Shown: positions 26,240 through 39,674 of the stretch, one piece after another
Layout: each line of letters begins with the position of its first letter
Numbering within the stretch: the first letter of the stretch is position 1
Assembly (NCBI RefSeq): GCF_006345805.1
Contig: NW_021833025.1
Span: 139,218 to 203,217, forward strand
DNA from: Octopus sinensis
Taxonomy: Eukaryota
Reading direction: 5' to 3'
Length of the DNA stretch: 64,000 nucleotides
The notes under the pieces: generated by a model
What the model was told of the DNA's origin: nothing
The model's database searches: none
What the model saw: only the letters and a program-made list of their open reading frames with translations
Position numbers and translations under genes: made by a program

Positions 26240-28050
26240 AACTGGCATGGTTTCGGGCTGTATGTGGACGACTGCCTGCTCGATCTCTCTATGGAAAATT
26301 GCACGGTGGAAAGGACGGCCAAGATCCTGTCTACTATCATTTTGCAAGCTGATAAATTATTTATACCTGTCGCTTCATACAAGAAGTTCAATCCAAGATT
26401 ATCATCACAAATCCTATCACTTATCAAAGAACGGGATGCCCTGAAGAAAAACAAGTCCAATGACTCATATCATACTATACGTTCGTTGAATATCAAAATT
26501 TCTGAACTGATCCGGACTAATAACGGACTCAAGTGGAGTCGTCTCGTTGGTCGATTATGTCACAGAAATTCCTGCGCCACCTTCTGGAAAACGCTAAGAA
26601 GGATCAATTGCCTTATCGGCGAGGAGGACGGAGGAACTGAGGCCGTTGCCCACAATTCCTCGGAACCCGCTCGCAAACTTGCAAACAAGATTATGAAGTA
26701 CTACGTATCGATCAGCCATAAAGACTTCTCTCGCACTCCACATTTTGAACGGCTCGGACCGCGACCAGAACCGTATTCCACCTTCTTCACACCGGATGAT
26801 GTTGACAAGGCTATTAAATCCCTACGTCCCACCCGTGCTTGTGGCCCCGACGGGATTTGTGCTGTTCACCTCAAACACCTGGGACCCCGGGCACGGACCG
26901 TACTATCAAGACTATATAACGACTCCATCAACTTACGTACAATACCTAATATATGGAAAAACTCCCTAATTACGCCAATTCTAAAGTCTGGGAAACCAAA
27001 TGGCCCCCTCTTCATACCGCCCAATCTCAATAACTTGTATCTTATCGAAAGTACTGGAAAAGCTCGTACTAGCGCGAATCTCTCCTGTTCTACAACTGCC
27101 AGAATTCCAGCACGGTTTTAGACCAGACCGTTCTACAACGACCCACTTGTGGGCCCGTATTGACAATACTATTTCAAGATCAAGGCTACTGCCCAATGGT
27201 GTCCCACAAGGCTCCCCTTTATTTCCTCTCCTTTTTAACCTATTTCTACATGACCTACCCATTACTAAATCGCGCAAGAGGTAAATCTCCTTCTGTGGCT
27301 GTCGCAATGGTCCAGTCACACCTCAACCGTGTATGTGATTGGCTATCTGCAAACATGTTGTGTGTGTCTGCATCTAAATCCCAATTCACCCTCTTTACTA
27401 CTGATAGAAGATTCAAGAATGGACTGGAACTATTCATTGGAGACAATCCTATTCCCTCTTCGCGTACCCAGAAGATTTTTGGCGTGGTTTTCGACTCCTT
27501 AATGACGTTCTCAAGTCACGTAGAGGAGGCCCTAGCTAAAGGTCTTCGGAAGTGGAACGTCTTGAAAGCTCTGTTAAAGAAGAGTCCCTTCCCCCTGAAA
27601 GATTGTGTCAGCAAGGTCTACCAACAAGTGATTGCCCCGACGGTTGAGTATGCCTGCTCAGCCTGGAGGTTTGCAATTGCATGTTCGAAAGCGGAACGTT
27701 TGAACTCACTCAGAAGGAAGATTATGCTCCACACTGACACCTCAGTTGGCAGCCTTGCTTCCGAGGAGGCGACGCAGAAGAATGGACAGGGTTTCCTACG
27801 TTTCTGCAAGGAACTGGGAAACTCACTCAAGGAAAAGGTGGCCCATGCAGAGGAATTTCGGTCGGTTATAAAGAAATGCATTCCAATTGAGTTCTACTGC
27901 AGAAGGAAGAGAAGGCGTTTTCGGATTACGGTCGGGTCATCAGAAGATCATGTAAGGAGAGTACGGCTGTTGTTGGAGGCAGGGATCACCTAATTAGTTA
28001 GTTCTGACCTATCTTTCTCGGTGATCTTGGAGTTAATAAATAAGAGATGT
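26240..28050 (+). mobile_element. Second APE-type LINE family, RT with internal deletions
   Basis: ACGPDG, SYRPISIT, QHGFRP and GVPQGSPLFPLLFN; ends in a taaataa tail. Confidence 0.85.
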
Positions 28051-28085
28051 CAAAACTGGTATCCGACATTCCTAGACCTTAGTTT

Positions 28086-28808
28086 GAATGAATGAATGAA
28101 TTTTTTTATTAAAACGGAAAAGCCGAAAAAAGAGAGAGAAAGTTAATGAGACAACGTATGCCTCTTCTCCGTTGTTTCCCTCTTTTTTTTAATTCGAGAT
28201 TCGAGAGGAAAAGGCTCTCTCAAGAACACTTCCAACCGTTTCCGTCGCGTCTTCCATCTCTTGAGGGATGAGTTGGTCCAGCTTGAGTCCATTTGCCAAT
28301 TTGATGGCATATCGTCTCGTCTTTTCGATCTTAGCGATAATGCCATCCCTCTCAGCAGTAGGGTACCATCCCTCGAACCCGTAGGTAAGCAATGGTTCGA
28401 CGCACGTTTTATAAACATATAAAAACGTTTCCGGACAAAGGTGGAAGTGAATTATGCTCCTGAGAATTTAAGCGCATTTCCTTCTCCTCGAGTCGATGTA
28501 TCTGAAGTAAGAACCCTTGGATCCAACTTCAACTCCAAGGTATTTCAGGTTCTCCGTTACTGTAAACCCATAGAGGTTTCTCGGCGGTTTTCGTTTAGCT
28601 CCCTGTTTTCCAATCCAAGTGGCGATGCACTTTTCTTTTGCGAGCGTCAGTCCTTTTGATATGCACCACTCTTCCACTCTTGTCACGTATCCTTTTAATT
28701 TCTTCCACGAGATGTCTTTTCTCCACGAAGCATCCGTTATTAGTATGTCGTCCGCGTAGACCGAGCCTTGAGGTACCCCTCTTTTGAGATCGACAGCTTT
28801 CGACAAAT
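28086..28808 (-). mobile_element. Truncated copy of the (ATTC)n-tailed LINE
   Basis: Matches about 30660-31456, with a (gaat)n tail at 28086 and a 75-nt internal deletion. Confidence 0.88.
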
Positions 28809-28810
28809 TC

Positions 28811-29636
28811 TCCGTGCCAGTTCTACTTTGGTTGTTCATTGTCCTACCACTCAATGCTCAACTATCACTTACGCAGCAATCAAACAAACAGCAGTAAAGA
28901 TTCAACCCATAGAGCCAATCCTTCTACCGAAGATACAGATCTAGTTTGCCAACTTCCCTTACCAGCGTTTATCTATTGACTAGAGGCTGCTAATCTTGGA
29001 GACTTGCTGCGGTTATTGGTACGGCCCAAGTGACTGTTAAACTGTAACAGGCGTTTTATGAAACGTCAGGTGTACACTGGACACAGCAAAAACTGCAATG
29101 CTTTGCGGATATGATCGTAGTGATCAACATCTTCTCTTTCGCTGGCTAAACCATTTCAAGAGAAACCGACACTTTAGAAGAAAAGATAACTCTTCCCAGA
29201 ACACCTGGGACGTCCTAGAACGCCGTCCTAGACTGTTACAACAGCGTCACCGCATAAACAGCCTTCTTAGGTTCGGGAATATTAACCCTATTCCCTTTTG
29301 TACACAGGCTACACTAGCCATTTCAAATGATTTGATAACGTGCTTAGGACCGACTAACTCATGTACAATTTATGTTCACATGAAACCCTTCTCAACATAG
29401 GCCCTCAAAGTTCTCATTTGAGTAATTGCTACTACCACCAAGATCTGCACTAGCGAACAGCTCTATCAGCATTCACATGCTTGGCTTCAGTGCTACCGCC
29501 ACGTCTCTCCTACTCGTCGTAGCCTATCTTTTCTCATTAGCCAAACCCAGTCAAACTGCTACAACGGCCTAGTATAGGTCAAACGCTACAGCGCTATCCA
29601 TTTTCAAGGCCAGTTAATTCGACAGGCTAGTTATTA
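28811..29636 (-). rRNA. 28S/LSU rRNA pseudogene fragment (central region)
   Basis: Conserved LSU blocks: tccgtgccagttct, gagccaatcctt, cttcccttacc, gttcgggaatattaaccctattccc, gctactaccaccaagatctgcac and cgctatccattttca, with many substitutions. Confidence 0.88.
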
Positions 29637-29739
29637 TGTGACATGGGCGGCTGGATACGCATGGGCAACCGGTTACATTTTTTGACCTTGTAATGTCAAT
29701 TATTAATCATTGAACAACTTGAAAGAATAATGCATTTTA

Positions 29740-31456
29740 TAAGATTCGTACCGTGAAAATAGAGATAAATGATGTCGCAAAAAAACATTCAGACCTTGCT
29801 TGGAAGAGTCAATGCTCGAAACTGAATAAGAAAAACCCTCATTTTTGGAAGGTTTTCAACAGACTGAGTAATATGGAGAACAAAGGAGAAGAGATCCGAC
29901 TAAAAACAACTGAAGGAATAGATATCCCGCTCGATGAAGTTCCCTCACATCTGCGAAGTCAACTGGCAAAAGTTCAAGAGGTGGATCCGATCGACATGGT
30001 TCCGAAAGAAGTTATATGTGAGGCTCAGAGAAGTCTAAGAGCTAATTTGAGTCATACGGGACCACTGTGCAGAGACATAACGTTGGAAGAAACGTATGCC
30101 GCAATTATGAGCTGCAAGAATAATGCACCCGGCCATGACTACATTCCAATTCTGTATTCAAACATGCTCCAAATATTCTCCTACGATACTTGACCGCACT
30201 ATACAATGCAAGCTGGAGACTTGGATACGTACCGGACTCTTGGAAAAAGTCAATCGTACGTATGATTCCAAAGCCTGGAAAAATAAAGGACCATGCAGAG
30301 AACTATAGGCCGATAAGCCTAATATGCTCCGTCTCTAAAATTATGGAACGGATTGTCTTCACAAGACTTTCGAACTTCGTAGAGGAATCAGGTGCACTTG
30401 CAGTAGAGCAGTGGGGATTCCGACGAAAAAGATCCTGTGGTGATTGTTTCGGAGAACTCGAGAAAGTCATCTCGCTTAGTCTTGCTAATAATACAGCGAC
30501 TATTGCTATCTGCCTCGATGTCTCAAAAGCTTTTGACAGCGTATGGCACCTGGGCCTCTTGGAAAGTGTCGCCAAGAGCAAACCCGGGTCTAAAACGGTC
30601 AATTGGCTGAAGAGCTATTTATCAATGAGAAGGTCATACATACGATGCGGAAACCGTTTGTCGGAATCTGTCGATCTCAAAAGAGGGGTACCTCAAGGCT
30701 CGGTCTTGAGCCCCCTGCTTTTTAATATTTACGTTGCTGATATTCCAAAACCGAAAGATCCTACCAGTCGTCTCATGATCTACGCGGACGACATATTAAT
30801 AACGGATGCTTCGTGGAGAAAAGACATCTCGTGGAGGAAGTTAAAAGGATACGTGACAAGAGTGGAAGAATGGTGCATATCAAAAGGACTGTCGCTTGCA
30901 AAAGAAAAGTGCACCGCCACTTGGATTGCAAAACAAGGAGCAAAACGAAAACCGCCGAGAAACCTCTATGGGTTTACAGTAACGGAGAACCTGAAATACC
31001 TTGGGGTTGAAGTTGGATCCAAGGGTTCTTACTTCAGATACATCGACTCGAGGAGAAGGAAATGCGCTCAAATTCTCAGGAGCATAATTCACTTCCACCT
31101 TTCCCCGGAAACGTTTTTATATGTTTATAAAACGTGCGTCGAACCATTGCTTACCTACGGGGTCGAGGGATGGTATCCTACTGCTGAAAGGGATGGCATT
31201 ATCGCTAAGCTCGAAAAGACGAGGCGATATGCCATCAAATTGGCAAATGGACTCCAGTTGGACCAACCCATCCCTCAAGTGATGGAAGACGCGACGGAAA
31301 CGGTTGGAAGTGTTCTTGAGAGAGCCTTTTCTTCTCGAATTAAATTTTAAAAAAAAAAAAAAAGAGGGAAACAACGAAGAAGAGGCATACGTTGTCTCAT
31401 TAACTTTCTCCCTCTTTTTTCGGCTTTTCCGTTAATAAAAATTCATTCATTCATTC
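29740..31456 (+). mobile_element. APE-type LINE, 5'-truncated young copy
   Basis: RT ORF 30190-31350, (ATTC)n tail, 13-bp TSD ataatgcatttta at 29727-29739 and 31457-31469, and one frameshift near 30148. Confidence 0.93.
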
Positions 31457-31537
31457 ATAATGCATTTTAACAAAAAAAATTAAAATTAATCATTTTTTTT
31501 AATTGCTCAGTACTATTGAAAACAAAATCGATTGAAT

Positions 31538-32200
31538 TAATTAGTATGACCCTAGGATAGCGTGTGAATTTCCGCGGACAATTGCACACGAAATCCTCTG
31601 GAAGAGCCACGACGTCTCCCGCGGATCACCTGTTTTTTTGGTGATTAGACCACCCAATCTTCGAATGAACGAAAAACTCTCTGATCCAAAGACTCCGGAA
31701 GTCTCCACAGCGATCGGCTGGAAAAGATATCTGTCTGCCAGGAAAGAGTATTTCTTTTTCTTCAACTCTTCAGAACGTTTTGCAGCAGAGCCAGGAAAGG
31801 ATGCCGAACTTCCGAATGAAGAAGGTCCAAACGTGTCAGGGCAGGTAAAATCCCAAACAAGTGCTTTCCCTCTCGTGTACGGGTAGATAGTTACGCCATC
31901 TGGGCGTTTGCCATCCCCTCTATCGAGACCAGCTGGTTCGAGTTGAGAGTGGAATCCGGCAGCGTCCATGGCCCTTTTGTGATGTCATTGGCGGCGGAAT
32001 GTCGGGGAAAACGACCGGCGCTACGAGTGCAAGAAAGTGGGTGCCTTCCCAATGGACCAATCCTCTTTCCACATTTGCAGGGGTGTGGGGTGCACATCGG
32101 TAAGCCGAGACGTAGACATAGGCCGATCCTAATGGTATCGTCGTCCAGTTTACAGCCGGTAGACGCAATAGGACACGCTATCCTAGGGTCATCATTTTTT
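31538..32200 (-). mobile_element. CRE-like retrotransposon 3' part (zinc knuckle + RLE)
   Basis: HPCKCG..HPLSC..RH, GKRPDG, WDFTCPDT, KKKKY, PIAVETSG and QRISCAIVRGN. Confidence 0.9.
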
Positions 32201-32395
32201 TAGTCTTGTCATTGGTACCGTCCATATCTCTCCTTTAGCATATTTTATCTATTAAATAAAAATGATTAATTTACCTCGACTCGATTATTTGATAAAATGT
32301 TAATTATTTCAGCAGTCGGATAGAATGGAGACTCGAATTTATCCAACCGCAACTAAGGGTTTGTTCCATAATCTTTTTTAACTCAAACCTAATTA

Positions 32396-35300
32396 CAGTC
32401 CGACCCCCAAATGGGGCACCAAGTGCCCCAAAATGCGGGGGTGCCCCAAAAACAGGGGTTTGTTATTTTTTTAAAAATTAAACCATTAATAAACATCAAA
32501 AAACATTTTTACTAAAATATTCAGTTATTTTCTTTTTATTTGTAGACTTTTGTCTGATATTGAATGAATGAATGAATGAATTTTTTATTAACGGAAAAGC
32601 CGAAAAAAGAGGGAGAAAGTTAATGAGACAACGTATGCCTCTTCTTCGTTGTTTCCCTCTTTTTTTTTTTTTTTTTTTTAATATTTAATTCGAGAGGAAA
32701 AGGCTCTCTCAAAAACACTTCCAACCGTTTCCGTCGCGTCTTCCATCACTTGAGGGATGGGTTGGTCCAACTGGAGTCCATTTGCCAATTTGATGGCATA
32801 TCGCCTCGTCTTTTCGAGCTTAGCGATAATGCCATCCCTTTCAGCAGTAGGATACCATCCCTCGAACCCGTAGGTAAGCAATGGTTCGACGCACGTTTTA
32901 TAAACATATAAAAACGTTTCCGGGGAAAGGTGGAAGTGAATTATGCTCCTGAGAATTTGAGCGCATTTCCTCTCCTCGAGTCGATGTATCTGAAGTAAGA
33001 ACCCTTGGATCCAACTTCAACCCCAAGGTATTTCAGGTTCTCCGTTACTGTAAACCCATAGAGGTTTCTCGGCGGTTTTCGTTTTGCTCCCTGTTTTGCA
33101 ATCCAAGTGGCGGTGCACTTTTCTTTTGCAAGCGTCAGTCCTTTTGATATGCACCATTCTTCCACTCTTGTCACGTATCCTTTTAACTTCCTCCACGAGA
33201 TGTCTTTTCTCCACGAAGCATCCGTTATTAATATGTCGTCCGCGTAGATCATGAGACGACTGGTAGGATCTTTCGGTTTTGGAATATCAGCAACGTAAAT
33301 ATCTCAAGACCGAGCCTTGAGGTACCCCTCTTTTGAGATCGACAGATTCCGACAAACGGTTTCCGCATCGTATGTATGACCTTCTCATTGATAAATAGCT
33401 CTTCAGCCAATTGACCGTTTTAGACCCGGGTTTGCTCTTGGCGACACTTTCCAAGAGGCCCAGGTGCCATACGCTGTCAAAAGCTTTTGAGACATCGAGG
33501 CAGATAGCAATAGTCGCTGTATTATTAGCAAGACTAAGCGAGATGACTTTCTCGAGTTCTCCGAAACAATCACCACAGGATCTTTTTCGTCGGAATCCCC
33601 ACTGCTCTACTGCAAGTGCACCTGATTCCTCTACGAAGTTCGAAAGTCTTGTGAAGACAATCCGTTCCATAATTTTAGAGACGGAGCATATTAGGCTTAT
33701 CGGCCTATAGTTCTCTGCATGGTCCTTTATTTTTCCAGGCTTTGGAATCATACGTACGATTGACTTTTTCCAAGAGTCCGGTACGTATCCAAGTCTCCAG
33801 CTTGCATTGTATAGTGCGGTCAAGTATCGTAGGAGAATATTTGGAGCATGTTTGAATACAGAAATTGGAATGTAGTCATGGCCGGGTGCATTATTCTTGC
33901 AGCTCATAATTGCGGCATACGTTTCTTCCAACGTTATGTCTCTGCACAGTGGTCCCGTATGACTCAAATTAGCTCTTAGACTTCTCTGAGCCTCACATAT
34001 AACTTCTTTCGGAACCATGTCGATCGGATCCACCTCTTGAACTTTTGCCAGTTGACTTCGCAGATGTGAGGGAACTTCATCGAGCGGGATATCTATTCCT
34101 TCAGTTGTTTTTAGTCGGATCTCTTCTCCTTTGTTCTCCATATTACTCAGTCTGTTGAAAACCTTCCAAAAATGAGGGTTTTTCTTATTCAGTTTCGAGC
34201 ATTGACTCTTCCAAGCAAGGTCTGAATGTTTTTTTGCGACATCATTTATCTCTATTTTCACGGTACGAATCTTATCCCGAAGACGAATACGATCTATGGG
34301 GTCACTGCATCGTCTTAGCTTCTTTTCAAGGTTTCCCTTCCATTTTATAAGTTTTCCCAAAGATTCGTCAATCCGGGTTTTTCTGTTAGTATTTGACATG
34401 ATGTATTTCCTGATTGAAGATTTTCGGAGAAAGTCCAGTATAGCTTCTCTGAGAATTTTATCAAGTTTTTCAATTTGTATATTCGAAGAGATGTTTTGTA
34501 TTGGATACGGTGTCAAATGCTTTTTCATTGATACCTCAAGGTCCGACCAGATTGTCCGAGACGTATCGTATCCGATAAACAGATCTTCGCATATCGTAGA
34601 TGATGTTCGCATACACAAGGATTGAGGTAGGTGATCACTACCAATGTTTATCTCAATCCTTGGTATGCTGCATTGATGAACAAGATCTGCCGATACGAGG
34701 AAAACTCCAATACAATCCTCTCCATAACAAGAGAAGTGGTTTGGTTCTCGTGAGGTCAAAACACTAAAACCGCAGTTCTCCGATAATCTGAGGAGTATAT
34801 TACCGTCCGAATTTGTGTTGGCACATCCGTACGATGTGTGTTTTGCGTTAAGGTCTCCTATTAGAATTCCTCTATCATTGTTCTGGAAAAATTCTTCAAT
34901 AAGATTTTGATAATTCTTCATTGCTTTGGAGTACATAGCTCCGACAGATATCCATCCAAGGGATGTTAGTAGTTTCAATGTAATCAGTTCGCACAAATTT
35001 TGTTCGACGATTTTCAAGTCCCTCACCATCAGATTGTCTTTATAATATATGGATGTCCCAGTGCCAGCCACTGCGTCAGGTCGCCATGGGATATCAATCG
35101 ACTGAAAACCATGGATTTTATGATGTTGATTTCCCTTAAGCTTCGTTTCATTAACAACCAATATGTCCATGTTTACCGAGCTAACCAAGTAGGTTAGCTC
35201 CGTAGCCCGTCCATGTTTACTGTCTGATATTGTTCGTCAATTTCAGCCGAAAATCAAAAAATCTCGGAGCATACTTGTGTCAACATTAGAAATTTTTTCT

Positions 35301-36795
35301 TCTAAATTGTTAAGCAGATCTTTGTTTTTGCTACGACATTTTCACTATTTTCGGTTTCTGAATATGTATCATAAACATTATTGTTCATGTCTTCGCATTC
35401 TCCATCAATTGTTTCGTTAACAACTTGATCTAAATGTTCATCTGTTAGACAGTTTTTTGTTGCATAAGAATCACGGTTCCTGTCGATTTTCTTCCAACAA
35501 TTAACAATACTTTTAGCATCTATTTTCTCCCATCCTTTTGAAATTAGCATCATAACCTGACGCAAATTTAATTTACCAATAGAATGTGTAAAATCGTTTT
35601 CGAATCTTGAAAACATAAAAATCCATTAAGAAAGAGGAATAATAATCTTTAAAAATTTTGATTATTCCCATATCCAAAGGTTGTAAATAGGGCGTTGTAT
35701 TTTTCGGCAAAATAAAAATTCGATGTTCGAACATTCGGCAGTTTTATGGCATCCCGCATTGTCAAGTATTAATAATATTTTTCTGTTGTTTTTGCAAAAC
35801 GATTCATTTATAAGTGTAAGCCAACTCATAAAAGTCTTTCCAGTCATCCATGCATTTTGAGAAGATGATACAATAACCCAAAATCTTGAACATCAAAATT
35901 TTTTAGACACCGAGGTTTTTTATATTTTCCAATAATCAATGGATTAAGTTTTTCCCCGATTAACTGCAGCATAGAAGAACAGTGAGTCTTTCTTTCCCTT
36001 GTTTATAACCAAAACACGGTTCGCCTTGTTCAACAAATGATTTTTGAGGAGTTCTTTTTATAAAAAGCGCAGTTTCATCACATTAAATATTCTCAGGTCC
36101 ATATTTTAATACTTTCTGGTCATATTTTTCAAAATATTTTTCACATAAGATAAATCACATGAAGCTTTTTCACCACATATTGACTTGAATTGAAGTTCAT
36201 GCCGCAATTTAAATCTATCAAGCCACCCATTGGAAGCTTTAAAAGAAGTAAATCCAATTTTTGAAGCTGTAACTAAGGCAATTTTTTTCAAAATAGGGCC
36301 TGAAATCGGAATTTTATCTACGCGTAGTCTTTGAAATATTTCAAAGACTTGATCATCAATTTATCTTTATCGGCTTTAAATGTGTCATATTCCTCAGAAA
36401 TAGTATTGCCGTGTTGCAAGAAAGGTACAATATTTCGTTTTATTCTTGATATTGTTCCTTTACTTGTGTTGTACTTTTTCATTAGTTGCCTCTCAGATAA
36501 ATTTTTCTTCAAAATTTCTTTAGCAATCTTCAATTTAGTTTCGTAATCCATAACCACAACAATAAAATATAAATTGAAAATAAAACAAAAAATAATTAAT
36601 TTATTATAATTTTATTTTATTTTTAATTCCTTATAAATGATTTTATGGTGCCCCAAAAATCCATAATTTTTTATCGATTTTTATTTTTTTTCTGCCAAAA
36701 TGTACTTTTGGAATAAAGTGCCCCAAATTGCGGGGGTGCCCCAAAATCCGAGGGTGCCCCACCCCTGGGGTCTGCCCCATTTTGGGGTCGGACTG
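32396..36795 (-). mobile_element. pogo/Tigger transposon interrupted by a LINE
   Basis: TIR cagtccgacccc(c)aaatggggc at both ends with TA TSD. Transposase pieces FKASNGWLDRFK, CDETALF and LLILDNAGCH are broken by stops and frameshifts. Confidence 0.9.
32565..35220 (-). mobile_element. APE-type LINE, longest copy (endonuclease + RT), inactivated
   Basis: ORF 33287-35188 has DILVVNETKL, GDLNAKH, IGSDHLP and RT motifs. 12-bp TSD tgtctgatattg at 32553-32564 and 35221-35232. A 14-nt deletion lies at about 33302. Confidence 0.93.
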
Positions 36796-37359
36796 TATAA
36801 TTTTCTATCTAAACTTTATCTCCGACACTAAATTCGTATTTACTATTGTGGACATTCATTTTTCTATTCATTGTCTTTAGTAGGCTGAGTTTCCATCAAT
36901 CGGATTTAAATTAAATTTGATTTTTTTTGGACTTGGATAATTAGAATCGCCTAAATATAAATTCAAAGTTAAAATACTTGAATTTTCAAGTGAGCAACCA
37001 CAAATATGACCTTAAAAATATGACTTTTTTGACCTTATAATTAGAAAAGATGACCTTATTGGTTAGAAAATATGAGGTTATGGTCAGATAAATTGAGCAA
37101 TCTTTTGGCCCTTTTTCGGAGGCGGGAACCAAAAATCTGGACTAAAATTTATAAATAATCAGATTTTTTAGTAACCAACCTTATTTTTAAATTTTTTGGA
37201 CTTGTAGTTATCTAAATTAAAATAGTCAAAAATTCAAAATTTTAAATAAAATTTTCCAAGAGGCTGGGATTTTACCCGAAACCACGTAGTTCCCAGAAAA
37301 ACATGGTTAATAAATCATTCGCCTTACGTCAGTTCTAGTGGAACTTATATCATTAAGAA

Positions 37360-38260
37360 TTAAAATTTATTAAAATAACACATTAAATAAGGTTTAATAT
37401 TTTCTTTCTTGAAGTTTCTGCCTTTCGCTAAAAGTTTATTTAACATCGAGAAACTTCTTTCGACAGATAATGTGGTTCCCGGACATTTCCATAAATACAC
37501 GAATAATTCAGGAGGGAAATCTCTCAAATTAGCTTCTTGAATGCTATTCCATGGCATTGAATTTGTTCTTTTTTTTAAATATTGTGCAATCTCACATGGA
37601 TCTTCCCCAAAGTCGATAGAATTAATACATTGAATAGCATCTTTAACAGTATAAAAAGTATCTTCACATTTCTTTATTCCTTTGCTTAGACAGTTGTAAG
37701 ATGCTATGTTTGCTAGGTTCCGCTCCAGTGAATCAGAATCTATCGCCTTCTTTGCATTCAAAACAAATTTTCCATTATTCGATAACGAGAAAACAATCCT
37801 TCGGATTTTGTTCAAATGTTTTGAATAATATGTTGCAGCATTAAGCCAGCTGCACCATCTTGTGACAACAACATCTGGAGGTAGACCAAATTCTGAAAAA
37901 AGCTTTTGACGACTTTTATTTTTAAGCGTCACAATCTTTATCGATGATATTAAGAAATCGATGTCTTGATAGTGAGAACGCTTTTTAGTGCACAATTATG
38001 AAGTAAATGGGCGAAACAAGTAAGGTGAATCATATTCGGATAAAATATACGTATGCTAGTTGCGGCTGACATCATATACGGTGCAGCATCAGTTAACAAC
38101 AAAACAAAGTTTTTTCTCTCAACTTGGTAATTTCGTAAGCAATCATCAATTGTTTGACAAATTGAACTTGCATCACACGTCTCAACACAAATACAGTCAA
38201 TTAAATAAATATTGGTTGGGTTGTCAATCTTCCCAGCAATAATGTTCACATATTTTTTTA
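37360..38260 (-). mobile_element. hAT transposase fragment of the CGGBP1-related type
   Basis: LLLTDAAPYM, HLTCFAHLLHNCA, VVTRWCSW and SVERSFSM. Nearby gacctta repeat clusters at about 37005-37080 and 38860-38900. Confidence 0.75.
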
Positions 38261-38338
38261 AAGAATGTTGGGTTTCGTCTATTACTAAAAATATTTGACT
38301 CCCTTTGAAATATTCTTTAAGTTTTTCGCCTCAAGCAA

Positions 38339-38764
38339 GTGGAGGTTGAAAAGTGTCACAAGTATGATCTACTGGCAAGCGAGCTTTCGCTTCTGTATAG
38401 CTTTCAAGTAAAAATAATTCCTGAGGTTATGACATGGGATGGAGTTGTCTCGAAATGCTTCAAAAATTATATGAAGAAACTATCTATTGAAGCAGGAACG
38501 AGGACATACATCCAATCCGTTGTACTGAAAAGAACGCTCGAGAGTATGATGATCGAACACAAGCACGGAATGAAGGTATCTGGTGAAGAATACGCTTCTG
38601 CTTCCAACCGGTATGTGGAGATGGCATGCAAAGGTGAAGACAACCCAATGAATGCTAAAGAAGATGCAATGGTTGAATCAGATGTGGTAATGGGGAGTAA
38701 GAGGCAGCTGGAAGTAGGCTCTTCTTCCAAGAGAAGAAGAGTGGATATCAGCAAGCTGGAGTGA
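38339..38764 (+). mobile_element. R4/NeSL-like RLE retrotransposon 3' end
   Basis: EVEKCHKYDLLA..IIPEVMTWDGVV shows the RLE (E)K..KY and downstream motif. Confidence 0.75.
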
Positions 38765-39141
38765 GATCTGCTTAGTTTCTGATTAACTATTAATTTATTA
38801 TTGTTTGTTAAAATATATAGTTTTGATTAAATGAAAAAAAATATAACTTTATGGAAAAAATATGACCTTATGAAAAAAATATGACATTAATGACCTATAA
38901 AACTACATCGAAAGTAAATAAAAATTAATTCAAAAGTTATTCTAAGTTTTGTTGGAAAATGTCTTCATAATCACCTCAATGATCCTCGTCTCCTGGAATT
39001 TTTCTCCTCTTGGGAGAGCTTTCCACCAACGCACCATCAGCACTTTCATTCTCCGAACACAAGATTTTCCCTAAATAAAAATATAATAATAATTTAAAAT
39101 GATGGAAATAATAAACTAACAATTCTTTTTTGATATGACTT

Positions 39142-39145
39142 CTCT

Positions 39146-39178
<33 letters not shown>

Positions 39179-39510
39179 CTGAACTCGTGCATTCATTTAG
39201 TCTTAAGTGAAGCTTTCCACCCACTTTAGCTTGCACTCACAAGCAAGCCGACTCTAACGATGCTTGCAGGCATACGTACACAGTTACTACAGGCCTTTCA
39301 CCTTCTCTGGGAAGTCCATTTCGATAGAACTTGGTACCGTATACATTTCCTAATAACACTGCAAACGCCACAGTTCGTAGTTTAACTACAATTCGACGAT
39401 GGACTATTCCCAATTCATTCGCCATTACTACGGGAATCCCGGTTGGTTTCTTTTACTCCGATTAATGATATGCTTAAGTTCAGCGGGTAGTCATGCCTGG
39501 CTGAGGCTGG
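39142..39510 (-). rRNA. 28S/LSU rRNA 5' fragment (D1-D2 start), pseudogene
   Basis: Reverse strand reads acccgctgaacttaagcata ... gcgaacaagtaccgtgagggaaagttgaaaa, then stops abruptly. Confidence 0.92.
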
Positions 39511-39674
39511 TTCAAATTCACTAGCTATTTATTTCATCACCAAACATAACCAAATTGGTAGTGATTCAATAAATAACACTAAATTAGTGTAATAAATGCA
39601 AACAGTCAATACATACGCTAATCATCTTCAAATACACAGCTCGACACGTAACAATTGTTATGCCACTACAGGTA

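Noticed and set aside
28800-28815. R2/R4-style site-specific insertion into 28S
   Set aside because: The adjoining element is an APE-type LINE that also inserts elsewhere, and the junction is not at the canonical R2 site (aaggtagccaaa), which is absent from the fragment.
29740-35220. Composite transposon or inversion defined by the inverted LINE pair
   Set aside because: Each copy has its own distinct TSD, indicating independent insertions.
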